This document shows positions 36,681-49,659 of a stretch of 64,000 bases of DNA, piece after piece. Made by a program: the position numbers and the translations under genes. Location of the stretch: assembly GCA_043228905.1 (NCBI GenBank), contig JBHGNT010000011.1, forward strand, positions 5,208,001 to 5,272,000. The letters are read 5' to 3'. The DNA is from Azolla caroliniana (Eukaryota > Plantae > Polypodiophyta). The stretch's first letter is position 1; each line of letters begins with the position of its first letter. Below the pieces are notes generated by a model that had not been told where the DNA came from, did no database searches, and worked only from the letters and a program-made list of their open reading frames with translations.

Positions 36681-37561
36681 AAGGTTTAGGGAGGACTGAT
36701 GAACAAAAATGAACGACAAAAGCAGCCAAGCCAGAACAACGGTGGCCAGAATGGCTAGAGTGGTAGAACAGCCCGAGCAACCAAACAACGACGTAGGAAA
36801 GTCGAACAAAATGGCCGAACAATGAACCGGAACGACCGGAATGGCCGGCGATGGCCAGACAGCCGACCCAAGAAATAGTCGGAAGGGCCGAAAAGAGATA
36901 GCAATGGTGGTGGTTGGACGACAACCAAACAACGATAGACAAAGACAAATATAGCATTAGGAAGAAGGAAGATGAAGAAAGGAGCGGCATTAGGAAGAAG
37001 AAAGAGAAAGAAGAGGAAAAAGAAGAAGAATGAGAAGGGGAAGGAAGAACGAGAGGAAAAAGAGAAAGAACGTGGAAGCCACCAAAAAATATAAAGAAGA
37101 AAAAGAAATTTAAAATAATAATAATGATATAAATAAATAAATAAATAAATAAAAAGAGAACGAAAAAAGAGAAAGATAGGGCATGAAACAAATTTCAAAA
37201 ACTTGAGGGCACAAATGAAAATTTAAAAATTTGAGGGTATAATACATAAATTTAAAAACTCATCAACCTGAAAGAAATGGACGTGTTTGACTACATCAAC
37301 TCACACAAATTTAAAGAATGAACACACATACACACAACATTTTTTTTAAAGACCCAAAGGAAGTTACCAAAGTTTGTGTGTCGATAGAACGAGAATGTTT
37401 GTGTCGAGGAAGATTTGCTGACCGAAGAAGACGTTCGAGTCAAGCATTCTGATCGAGGGAGTTGATCGATGAAAGTTCTGATCTGATAGAGATGATGATC
37501 AAGGTATGTGAGATCGACGTGCAAGGCACTGTCCCACGGTCTTGCCATAATGTGTTACTGT

Positions 37562-38324
37562 TGTCGTGCCTTTCGGCGCTGGATCGTTGCGTGAATGGAG
37601 TGGAAATTACCGAGGTTTTGGACTAGGAGGAGGATAAATCAAAGGCAGATAAGAATATGAGATTGGAAGAGAAAGAATTAGACACCTCCTGAATCCCTCG
37701 AGTTTATTATATTAGATTAATCAATCCTTAGAATCCTAATAGTATAATGGAATAAATAGAAGAAAAATTGTGAAATACACATGTGTAATGTAATAGATCA
37801 ATATTTAGAAACCCAACAAATCATCAATCCCTACATTTTGCTTCCCCCATCCTTATATAGTGATGGGAGAGATGAAATATATCTTGCTACATGCAAGCAT
37901 GATGCTTTTTCTTTAACTCAAGTGTTCATGCACACTAGATGTGCATGATTAGTTTATTTTTATTTTTATCATACTTTTCTTTTAACTCAAGTGTTCATGC
38001 AGATAAGATATACATGAATAACTTTCTCTATCATGCCTTTTCTTTTACTCGAGTGTGAATGCATGAATAACCCTTTCTATCATGCTTAACTAGAATATTT
38101 ACGTGAGATAACTTTTGTCTAGTAGCTAGAATCTATAAGTAACTTTAAAACTCATAATGTGTTAGTACAATCATAAGGCTTGAAATTGTTAACATGGAGG
38201 TATATGGTTCAAATCTTGCCCTATGCATGTCACATAATTATTAGTATTTTCTCATATTTCTTTATTCTTAGTTAATCAGGTACTCCGTATATATTTCACG
38301 TAGTATACGAAGTATACTATGACA
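37562..38324 (-). repeat. 3' LTR of element C
   Basis: Direct repeat of 62121-62868; PPT adjacent at 38325-38336. Confidence 0.93.
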
Positions 38325-41300
38325 CTCACCCCCTCCAAACCTGCACATCCTCCGGTATGTGCCGAAATTGCAAGTACTTGTTATCCTTCTTCATCCGTTG
38401 CACTCCCCAATTCTCCCACTATGTTGACTATTAATTTCAGTCCACTTTCTTCACTTTCTATTTCTTCATGATCCATGTCTGCTTGCTCCTCCATGTTGGT
38501 GTCGCGTAAAGTTACGTAGGGCTCTGCATCACTTCACTTCTTGAAAATCTTTACATGTTTCCCTACTATAGGCACCTGTAGTACCGTTCCGTCCAGCTCA
38601 CATTGTCGGTAAGTTCCATTGTCGAATACCTTTCGAACTAGGTATGGTCTGAACCACCTTTTAGCGAATTTCCGTATCGAGCTGTGTTGATGATCCAAAC
38701 TACTATCGTAGACTATCACCCAATCCCCTTATTCAATCTTCCGTAGTCGAAGTTCGTGCTTTTTGTCGAATAGACGTTTGTTCCGAAATCACACTTCTTG
38801 TTTTCGGCGTATCGCTTCCGTTATGTCTTCTAGACTTCCTTCTAGTTATCGCATCAGAACCGCTAGTAGTTCTTCTCGATTCATCTCTTCCTTCCATGGT
38901 AGCACTGTCCATGTCGCAATTGTGGTTTCCATAGGCATTATCAGAGTTTGTCCAGTCATAAGTTACACTAACATATAACCGGTCACGAAACTATGCGTTG
39001 TGCGATCCGCCCATAGTGCATACGGTAGCACTTATGGCCAAATCTTTACCCTTCCATCACATGCTTTTGCAAGTACCTTTACGATTGGACTATGTCCTCG
39101 CTCAATCTTCCCATTTGCTTTTGGATTGTATGCTGTGGTTAGTGTCAACCGTACTCCATGTTTGGCGAAGAATTCCCTAGCTTTATCGTAGTCAAGTTCT
39201 CCCCAATCCGCAATCACTTGTCCTACGCACCCGTACCTATAGTGTTGTCTGTGGGACAGATCGGTAATTTGGGTATGAAACGAATCTGGATGTAGGTGAA
39301 GTAAGCAACCATAACAGGGAAGGTCGCGAAGATAATGCAACCGTTAAACATGGCACCAAAACAAGTAAAGACTGAAGCACACCAAGTGGGAAAAACAAAC
39401 TATAAAACGTGAAGCAGAAATGTAACAAAGTAGAGGACAGAAGAGAGAAGGGTAGGCCCTAGTTAGAATAGAGTACTCAGGAATGTAGAATATCTGCTCA
39501 TACTTTCTGTTGTAATTTTCGGTTGTGCGCCGTGTAATCACTATTCCATGTTACATAATAAACATCTAGTTTTGGGTCAAATTTGGTATGTGTCTTAAGT
39601 GCATTTCTAAATAATAACTTCCCGGATTACAATCGGGTTTTTACGGCTAACCAATCATTTTTGGGTACGAATTGGATTGTCGAGCAATCCCTCCCTCACC
39701 CTGACCTCCACCACATACCATAGTCCCTTGATCCAATTACCATAGGAGTAATCAAAGGGGTTGCTTCCAAGAAGGAGACAACACAATTTGGCACGCCCAG
39801 TTCATGTTGTGCACCACAACGAACAAACGTCGGTGGAAACCCCTAGCTACCATTACGGCGCCCAACCGTCTTACCCAGGCTCGACTCCCATCCCGCCGCG
39901 ATCACTCACCACTCATCACCAGAAACCCTGGAATCTCACCCCTCACCTGTCATCCCCGATACACAATCACATACCGGCCCCGAACTTGCCACTCCTCCGA
40001 GTCTGCTGGCAGTCTCTCAACAATCCGAGTTCAACCCCTTTCCGGCCCTACCAGACAACCTAGATCTCGACGCAATGGCGTACTACTCCTATACCTGCTA
40101 TAGGATGGTCCTGACGCGGAATCTCACATCCGCTCTTTTCTCTCCACGTGGCAAGCCAACCATTCTACGCAGTGCCTCACCGCTGAGGAGGTGGACGCCT
40201 CCAAAATCACGGAATTTACCCTTTTGTTAGACGACCCCGCTGCATTATGTTATTCTCGCCACGATCCGGGGGAGTTTATCACATTCCAAGATGTCCGCAC
40301 CAAATTTCTAGAGTTATTCCACTGGGAGATACCTAAGCGCGAACTGCTCCACCAATTTTATACCATTGCCTAGGAACCCAATGAAACGGTTTCCTAGTTT
40401 ACCATCCGATTTGAAGACCTTTACTGGCAACTCACACATGATGTGTCAGCCAATCATTTAAAAGATACGTTCCTTGACAGACTCCGAGAGCCGTTGAGCA
40501 CGACGTTGGCCCTTACGGATTTTTCACAACACATTATCGAGCAAGTGGTCGCGTTCTCACTTTAGATAGGGCTCATCATAACAAATCTTTCTCCATGGGC
40601 ACACCCCAAACCGCCTTGACAATAACTGAGGAGACCTAGTTTTGGCAAGCACTACAATGCACGACTTGTGCCAAGTCTGGTCACTCAGCTATCGATTGCC
40701 CTCTACGACCACACTGTCCCATCTGCCATTCTAGAGTACATACGGTTGAACAATGTGAGTACAACATGCTCAACCGTACTAACTTGGTTCCGGTACAACA
40801 AATCGAGCCACGCCACGATCGTTCGCAACAAGATGAGCGACCACCACCATGGAATAGAGACATTGAACGACCTTGGGAGGATGATCGGCTTCACTGAAAC
40901 GATGGCTACCACCCTGACCCGGATCGCTATCAGTGGGATACCCACTACCGACTGGAGCCACCATACTATCACAATCGGCCACACTATTATTGTGACGAGG
41001 GCTATTATTCGGAGGACCCCTATTACTGTGATGACTACGATCGAGGAGACTATTACGAACCTTGGTATCCACGACATGATCGACGACCCCCACATCATAA
41101 TCGTGTCTTTTGACCTTCGGGGAATAATCAACAAACCTTCGACAACCGTCGCCGAGACCCTCTACGCACCGATAATTGGCGGCCTCCCCAATCCGAGCCT
41201 TGTGAAAACCTTCTACAGTCCTATTCCTAGCCGGTCCGAGACGATCAACCACGATACACAACACAACCTCAATTCGAGTAGGGAGAGCCCAATAATTCGG

Positions 41301-43215
41301 CCAGCCATAGTAACATGCTTCAATTGTAATAAAACCAGGCCCTACGCCACTCAATGCCCAACCAACAATCAAGGTAAAGCATTGGTCATGAACATGATTA
41401 TAGCCGATGTCCTACAGGTTACCACCTGAAGTCAGGCCCAACAGTCGCAATGGGAGATTCAGGATGAGGTCTGCCAAACCGCTAAGAAATGGATTGAAGT
41501 GGCAAATCAAGCGAACATTGATCGGATGCACACCAAAATGCAAGAGATCTGTCTGAGTCCATCACAACCCCCTCCTATTAAACAAACCAACAATGACTCG
41601 GTCTAGCAAGATCTCACCAGATGCCAAATCTCCATGCCCCTGCATAAACTGATGCAGCTACTTCCACGCTTCAAGGACACAGTCCAATCTCTCACCACCA
41701 GTGACGCGCCCACTACCTTGCCCGTACAGCTCATGACGCTGGAACCCAGACCTTCACTAATGGTTTCCTAGAATCCAACAGTCAAACTTGTCATAAAAGG
41801 CTGCGATGTCCATGGGTGCATTATCGACGGTGGATCAAGCGTTATTGTTATAATTGAGGCAACATGCCATGACCTGGGCATCACTCAATGGGAGCCATGT
41901 CTGTTTTGGCTTCAAATGGAGGATACACGATCGGTTCGACGGATAGGGCTAATCCGCAATCTTGATTTTATCCTCGGAGGGCATACCTTCACTATGTCCG
42001 CGGTGGTATTACGATTCGACGCTCTGGGTGCTTATCCGCGGTTACTTGGACGTCCGTGGCTGCAAACAACTAATATTAAGCAACATTGGGAATGCAACAT
42101 GATCTCTTTCCGTAGGGGGAAAACCAAAGTTCGGGTCATCATGGAAGAACGAATCACGATGCCTCCTAACACCAACCTGTTGTATGCAGAAGGAGTCCAT
42201 ATGCTCAATGGTCTCGCGGACGACGAGATGGAATCCTTTTTGGACGAGCACCCCACGATCGTTCCCCTCTTCGAAATCGACGTTCTCATGGCTGTAGAAC
42301 CATACTTAGCTAAACCCAGCACGACCGGGCAAGAAGCTCCATGCAAACTAGAACCAGAATCTATCAAGGAGCTACAACACGCCCGTGACGTGCTCGATCG
42401 TGAATTAGCAATCTTACAGTGGGTGAAGGCCTCGACACTAGAGGAAGTTAATCTTTGTTCTTCTACTGAGCCTCAAACACTTAAAATTGCAAAGGATCTT
42501 GCGCCCGAAGAATGATAAGCTCTAATAGGGTTGTTGACCGAATATCAGGATGTGTTCACATGGTCATACAGTGACATGAAGGGGTTAGACCCCCAATACT
42601 AGCAACACCAGGTCAACCTCCAAAAGAATGCACGACTGGTATAACAACGTTGCTACCAGATGAACCCGAATTACGCGGCAAAAGTAAACGAGGAAATCAA
42701 CAAAGTCCTATGGGTGGGGTTCATTCGGCCAGTCAAGAGGAAAATTTGGTTAAGCCCTATTGTGGTCGTACCGAAAAAGAACGGGCAAATCAGAGTGTGC
42801 ATCGACACTGTAAACTAAACGCGGCCACTATCACGGATGCATTTCCGCTTCCATTCACAGACGACGTCCTCGACACGGTCGTAGGCCATGATTGTTATAG
42901 CTTTTTAGATGGATTCAGTGGCTACAATCAGATCCGAATGCACCTTGACGACCAAGAGAAGATGATTTTTGTGATCGAATGGGGTGTGTTTGTCACGGTC
43001 GTAATGATGTTCGGCTTGAAAACGGAACCGACCACTTTCCGATGCATCATTACCGAAATTTTCGAGGAATATATTACAACGTTGATGCAAGTCTTCCTCG
43101 AAGATTTTACCCTGTACGGACAACAAATCGAGCACCTCAGACATCTCCGCTTGTGCCCTCAACAATGTCGACACACATGACTCAGCTTAAACCCGACCAA
43201 ATATGCTTTCTACGT

Positions 43216-44047
43216 TGTTGTAGTGTATTTCTTAGACTACGTGAAAACCGTATATTGTACTAGATTAAATAAATATGAAGAAATAGAAGAAAATATAAAA
43301 GTATATATTGCATGCATAAGGCAAGATTCAAACCTTGTAACTCCATGTAAACAATCCCCAAACCTTACCATTCTACTAACGTATCATAAGTGATATAAAT
43401 ATAGATTTAATAAGTATAAGACCTATATTTACGCCTATTTTTATTAAAAAACCAACCCATGCACAATTAGAGTGCGTAAAAACTTTATTTAGAAGAAAAA
43501 CGCAAACAAAGAAAAAGTTACTCATGCACGTCTAGAGTGCATGAGCACTATATTTAGAAATTAAAAGCGTGGTAGAAAAAGCCATTCAGGGACATCTAGT
43601 GTGCATGAACACTTTAGAAAAGCATTAGGCCATGTTTAGTCTCTTCCATCACTATATAAGAAAGAGAGAAAGATGTATATGGTTGTTGATTTTTCTTAGG
43701 GTTGATTAATATATTATATTCGTGGGATTCACGAATTTGCCATCTATTTCTCTCTTGCAATCTAAATTCATATTCTTTCCTAAATATTGATTAATATAAT
43801 ACTCGTGGGATTCACGAGGTTTTCGATTTCTCTTTTCCAATCTATTTCTATCGATTCTAATCTATTCCAAAGTATAATAAATAATAATAAAACTAAAAAA
43901 CTATATTCGTGGCATTCATGAATTTCTATCTCTCTTTCTTATAATCTACTCATAACTAGATTGCCTCAAATTCTTCCTCCTCCTAGTCCAAAACCCCAAT
44001 GGTTCCCATCTGACTCATGCAACGATCCGGCGCCGAAAGGCACTATA
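43216..44047 (+). mobile_element. Solo LTR of the B/C family inserted in the RT of element F
   Basis: Reverse-complement similarity to the LTRs at 22730 and 37562. 4-bp TSD ACGT (43212-43215, 44048-44051). The host frame AFY|VTSGALLGHIVS is restored on removal. Confidence 0.9.
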
Positions 44048-46502
44048 ACGTAACTAGCGGCGCCTTGCTCGGTCACATTGTCAGTCGCGATGGTATAACC
44101 ATGGATCCTGACAAGGTGCACGCTATACTAAATGCCTTGGCTCCAACCACAGCGAAACCTCTTAGTCGATTCTTGGGACAGATTTAGTGGCATAGTCGCA
44201 TGCTACGCTACCTAGCCGACTTCGCAACACCTCTGCATGCCACAGTACAATTCCATTCTGATGGATGGACCGGGAGGAAAAAGCTTATTGTTCCCTCAAA
44301 GTCATGCTCTATCACGCCCCAGTTGTGCAACCGCCGGATTGGTCGATGCCTTTCCACATGTTTGTGGATGCTTCCAACATAGCGATCAGAAGCACACTAA
44401 TGCAGAAAACACCACTGAATTGGTATCGTCTTGTCTATTACGCTAGTGGACGACTCTCCACGGCCGAAAAGAACTACTCCACGGAACGAGAAGCACTTGG
44501 CATGATTTATAACATGACTCAATTTTGCCATTACCTACTTGCTTGAAAATTCACTTTTTATGTCGATCATTCGACGCTTCTGTACCTCGTCAACAAGCAG
44601 GCATTAACCGATTGGCTAGCAGAGTGGATGCTCCTTCTACAAGAATTTGACTTCGATATCCAACATCGACCAGGAGTATAGCATGTGGTCGTAGACTACC
44701 TCAATCATCTCGAATCAGGGGAATCAACCGAAACGGAGTATGATGAATTACCTGACTCCAGCTTGTTCAGCCTCGACGCCACAACCCTTTTCGCTGATCA
44801 CGAGGACGAATGGATTATGGAGATGACACAATTCCTCAACACCAACTTTCCACCTGAACACTTAACACTAGACACCAAGAAACAATTGGTGGTCCAGACC
44901 TGAAATTTCTGTCTGTTCACCAACACTCTATATCATAAAGGCTTGGACGGCATTTGGCGATGCACACTACGACGATTCGAGAAAGATGTGGTTTGACGTG
45001 ACACCCATCACGGTATAGCTGGCGGCCACGATGCGGGTGATGCCACAACTCGAAAGATTTGGCAAAGCAGATTATGGTGGCCAACCACAAAAAAAGATGC
45101 TCACAAATTTTGTAAACGTTGCAATCTTTGTCAGCACATGGGCCAACCGAGCACAGAAGACCGGATGGCTCCCCAACCAATCCTTCCTTTAGAAACCTTT
45201 CAGAAATGGGGATTGGATTTCGTATGGCCATTGAAACCACCCCCAACCCAAACAGGCAACAAATATATAATCGTGGCTACTGACTACTGCACGAAATGGG
45301 TTGAAGCGAAAGCATTATGTGACAACACGGCCATGTCAACAACCAAATTCGTGGATGAATACTTGTGGTGTCGATTTGGCTGCCCAATCGAGCTCATGAG
45401 CAACCAAGGGGGCCACTTTCTCAACTGTTTTATCCATGAGTTAACCTCTCATTACGATGTGGTGCATAAGAAGAGCACACCCTACTACCCCCAAACCAAC
45501 GGACTGGCTGAGTCTACGAATAAGACCCTGCAGACGATTCTCAAGAAAATCGTGAACGAGCATCACATGGATTGGGATGATAAATTACACAGTGCACTAT
45601 GGGCCTACGACACCACATTCAAGACAAGCATCGGCTCCACGCCCTTTTGGATGTCTTTCGGCGTGGAAGTCGTGATGCCGATCGAATTTTAGGTTCCGAG
45701 CCTTCGAGTGCAAGTAATAGAATGATGGTCCGAACACAAACGACTAGAACAATTACTCGAACTTGGGGAAGAATGAATAGCCAGTTTGAACCAATTGGAA
45801 CAAGGCCAATGAAAAAGGAAAGCCTTTGTAGATTGCCATCACCGAGAAACCGAAAATCGAGATAAGCACACCGGTCATGGTGTTCCAAACACGGCTTGGG
45901 TCAATGCTAGGGAAACATTGATTTTGGTGAAGGGGACCATTCTGGATTGTCGACGATTTCAATAGAACGTTCCAGCTCGGCACATTGGCCGGGGAAATCT
46001 TAAAGAAGTGGGTCAACGGATTTCGATTGAAGCCATACCGTGGCCCGACACCTTCAAACCCCTTCGCCGAACAATAGCACGACTACGATCATGGTAGGTA
46101 GAACAGAGGATTTCGAGGGCAACACACCCCAATCACGGTAAACTCCCCTACCTACTTCCACAGTGTGTACCATAATTATGAAAAAAAGAAAAAAACTATT
46201 CAAAGTCCATGTATGCCATACGAGAAAAGCAAGTACTAACGGTTAACACGATGCGTGGTCTTAACTCCCAGTATGACCAGGAAGATTCTGAATCTAGGGC
46301 ATAAGGCCACATCTCGAGAACCGAGGCATATACAAAAAGAAAGACACCACAAACATAGCTCTCATTTCTCTATAAACGCTGAAACTCTCTCATTCTCGTT
46401 CAATCTCTCTCTTGCTCCTAGACTTGTTGCAACGAAGCGCTCTCTCGCTCTTTGACTACTCACTTCCATCCCTACTCGCCTTCTTGCTCTTCTGAGACAG
46501 CC

Positions 46503-48671
46503 ATGACGATCGAAGTATACAAAGAACTCCGCACTACTCTAAGCAGGCATAGTCTGGGAGGATACCTCTGCATCCTCAACAATGCTCCACACCCCAAAGC
46601 ATAGGCAATAGCCAAGAAGGTGCCTCTTGACACCATCACCAACAATAAGATCCGCTCAACGCTTAGTTTGTAGTGTGGGGGCGAACATGACATCGATGCT
46701 CCGCCACAACACATTGTGGAGCAATATTTTGGAGAATACTCCGCATTAGTAAAGGCCCATCGCACACACGGAGACCCCAAGCAATTCTTCGGAAATCTGG
46801 CCCATTTTTGTTTGGAGTATGGATGTATCACCGCCAATGCATATAGCATACCCAAGAAAAGGGCCAACTTAATCATAACGACATATCGAGGCGGAGTTGT
46901 CGATTGGGGTATGCTCACTGGGGAAGGAATTTGTGCCACGTTGGCCTCCTTCCAATCAGGTAAGTGTTTCCTCCCAGTATTGGCACAATATCTGGCTATA
47001 CTTTACCCTCCCCAAACCATGACCCAACAGAAGCGGGATCGCAACGAACCTACAGCCCCAAAACTCAACCCCGCCAAGAAACGCCGCCTACAACTGCGGA
47101 CTCCTTAGACAAGGACCGGCAACTAGTCAGTGTACCAAAGAAGATAGTTGTAGTGGTGACAGCTAAACCCCTCACTCTGACCGGTCAGATCGAACAAGGG
47201 CCACAATCATGGTGCCATTTTACAACACAACATGACTTACGAACTCATTGATTTCCTTGCCCACCTCCAAGTAGCTGCCGCGGCCCGCATGGCCCAAGAA
47301 CACGCCAAACATCAGATGGTGGAAAGGGTGTTGGCCAACGAAATGGAATCTGACGACGAGGCTAAGTTACAAAAAGTAGGACGGAAGAGAGCCACGAAGA
47401 AACATCGCACACTCATCGTGTTACCCAACCTCAATATGACGCTTGAAGAGGTTTACCGTGAGCTAGCAAGGACTACACGCATGGCTAAAGATATGGTCGT
47501 TAGTAGCAAAGAAGCACCGAAGCAAGCCAAGACCGCCACCGAATTGTGGCAAGCATCGGAACACCGCTTGGCCGCAGTAGAGGCACGACTCCAAACAAAA
47601 ACCGAATCCTCTTTGCTTTGCTTGCCCCCTCCCACCTCCCACCCACACAAAGCATCGTCCTAAACGAAACTATGAAGTTGTGTCAAGTTGGTCGATATAT
47701 CTACCCAAACAGAACCACCCAGCCCCTGCGCGATGCACGATGAAACAACCGAAACCGAGGGCGATCATAACACGGCTCTGTTCAAAGATGCTCTCCACCA
47801 ATATAAGGAAGAACTTATCATTCAAACAATCATCGCGGACAAAGCTAAGGAACGTTACGACACAACCAAAGCCGAGTTAGCCAAAATAAAGGAGCAAACA
47901 ACGAAAAGGGAAGCTGAGCTACAAAACCTGCTCCACAATCAGATGACCAAGCTCCATGAAACAAAAAACAACGCCACATCCGCCCTCAGGACTACACAAG
48001 ATATAGCGGCCGCACAAATAACATCTCTACACAAGGAGTTCGTGGAATTACAGGAGCACACGTCAGTTCCTACAAAAATTGGACCAAACCGAGCAGGAGC
48101 GATGCCAACTGGCGGACTCCTTGCACGAACATCAAATGAACTCAACGTTGGAACTCGAAAGCCAACGCGAGAAGTATTTGAAAGAATCAGCCGACAACAT
48201 GGATCGGCTCCTCCGCCGGTTTGACCAATTAATGGATGAGACAGAGGCAAGGATCTCCACCCTCAACACGTCGTGCGAGATCATCAAAGTCAAACTATAG
48301 CGGGAGGCGGAAGAAGCTAAATGAGAAACGATCACCCTCCAAGCCAAATATGACTTGCGAGAGGAACGAATCCACATCTTGGTGGTCAAACAATTGCAGA
48401 AGCTCAATCGGAAGGTCCAAGAAACTGTCACCAGTGGCTGGAAGGAATGGTTAGCTCAAGCAGTCGAACTCCAAGTTTTACGAGCTGACGCCGAAAACAG
48501 GAAGAAAGAAGGTCGCGGGTTCTATAAAATGGACGAAAATAGCATACAAATGGTACGAGAAGACCTCTCGAGGATTTCTAATCCTTGGCAAAAACGCACA
48601 CCACGACAATCGAAAGCCTCCTTGAGGAATTCAACGACGACCAGTTGATGTTGATGCTTGAAACCGAACGG
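46503..48671 (+). pseudogene. Additional ORF of element F downstream of pol (coiled-coil rich); continues at 56241-~56460
   Basis: A run of frameshifted E/K/Q/A-rich ORFs starting MTIEVYKELR. Preceded by TATAAA (46371) and a CT-rich leader. Confidence 0.7.
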
Positions 48672-48808
48672 TGTCGGGGTAGTTGTGGTTCGTGCGGCGA
48701 AGTCGCGGGGACTAAGGTTAAGGGGAGTTGAAGAAACTTAAGTTTAATAAGGCTTGTATGGTGATGATAGAATGTTTAAGGATAGTAAGATGAAGAGTTA
48801 CAAGTAAT

Positions 48809-48887
<79 letters not shown>

Positions 48888-49659
48888 GAGCATAGATAAA
48901 AGATAGAGACAATGTGTGATTCAAGAAAGAAGATTGAGACAAAGTATGATTCTAGAAAGAAGATTGAGACAAAGTATGATTCAAAGAACAAGAGTATATG
49001 ATATAAGCATGATGTATATTAAAAATATAATATTTTACCAACTTTACAATCCTTGATCGCAAGATGAATCTTCTCAATACCGACCCTTGATTTGAACCCT
49101 CGACCTCCACTTTGAAACGAGAGGTTCTCCACCCAACGAGCTAATCTTCTTTACTTGCTTCTATTATTTTCTCACTCTCTCTTCTTTGATTCCTTGATTC
49201 CCTTTTGTTTTCCTTTCCTCTCTTTTTATAAGTATTTCCATGCATATGGTAATGTCATGCATGTAATGCATGAGTTTCATCTTATGCATGATCGCCATTT
49301 GGCGCACATGCATTGCATGTGATGCATGATAGCCATCATGCTCATTTGAGCTCCCATGTATTGGGATAAGTATAATGATGGATATAACCCTAAAACAAAT
49401 AACCTAGCTTAGTGGTGTATGGTTTGTGCTTGATATACAAGGTTGAGGGTTCAAGTTCCTCAATTTTACTTAATACAATATATAGCTTCATTCTTATATC
49501 ATGAAGCACATTTATTACACACTTTTACAAATAAATAGCCTAGCCTAGTGGTATGTACATTGTACATCGTATATAAGGATGTGGGTTCAAGTCTCTCAAA
49601 TATTATTAAATACAACATTTAAGCTCATTTTTATATCGTGAAGCACATTCTTCACGACA
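48672..49659 (-). repeat. 3' LTR of element G, with (TG)n(AG)n microsatellite and a 136-bp tandem duplication
   Basis: TGTCG...CGACA; direct repeat of 55261-56236. Confidence 0.97.
49405..49597 (+). promoter_or_regulatory. Two tandem tRNA-like Pol III modules (A-box/B-box) in U3 of the element G LTR; same modules at 55982-56174
   Basis: TAGCTTAGTGG(49405)...GGTTCAAGTTC(49448) and TAGCCTAGTGG(49541)...GGTTCAAGTCT(49584). T-arm GAGGG-TTCAAGT-TCCTC. Confidence 0.7.

Noticed and set aside
36680-37561. Purine-rich low-complexity segment with long Phe/Ser-rich ORFs and a single GGTTTAGGG
   Set aside because: The ORFs come from compositional bias; no termini or recognisable protein; one telobox is not significant.
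48718-48991. SLSLSL/HTHT ORFs (also at 55307-55568)
   Set aside because: Translations of the LTR microsatellite.
49398-49470. LTR modules as functional tRNA genes
   Set aside because: No acceptor stem and weak D-arm pairing; reported as tRNA-like promoter modules instead.
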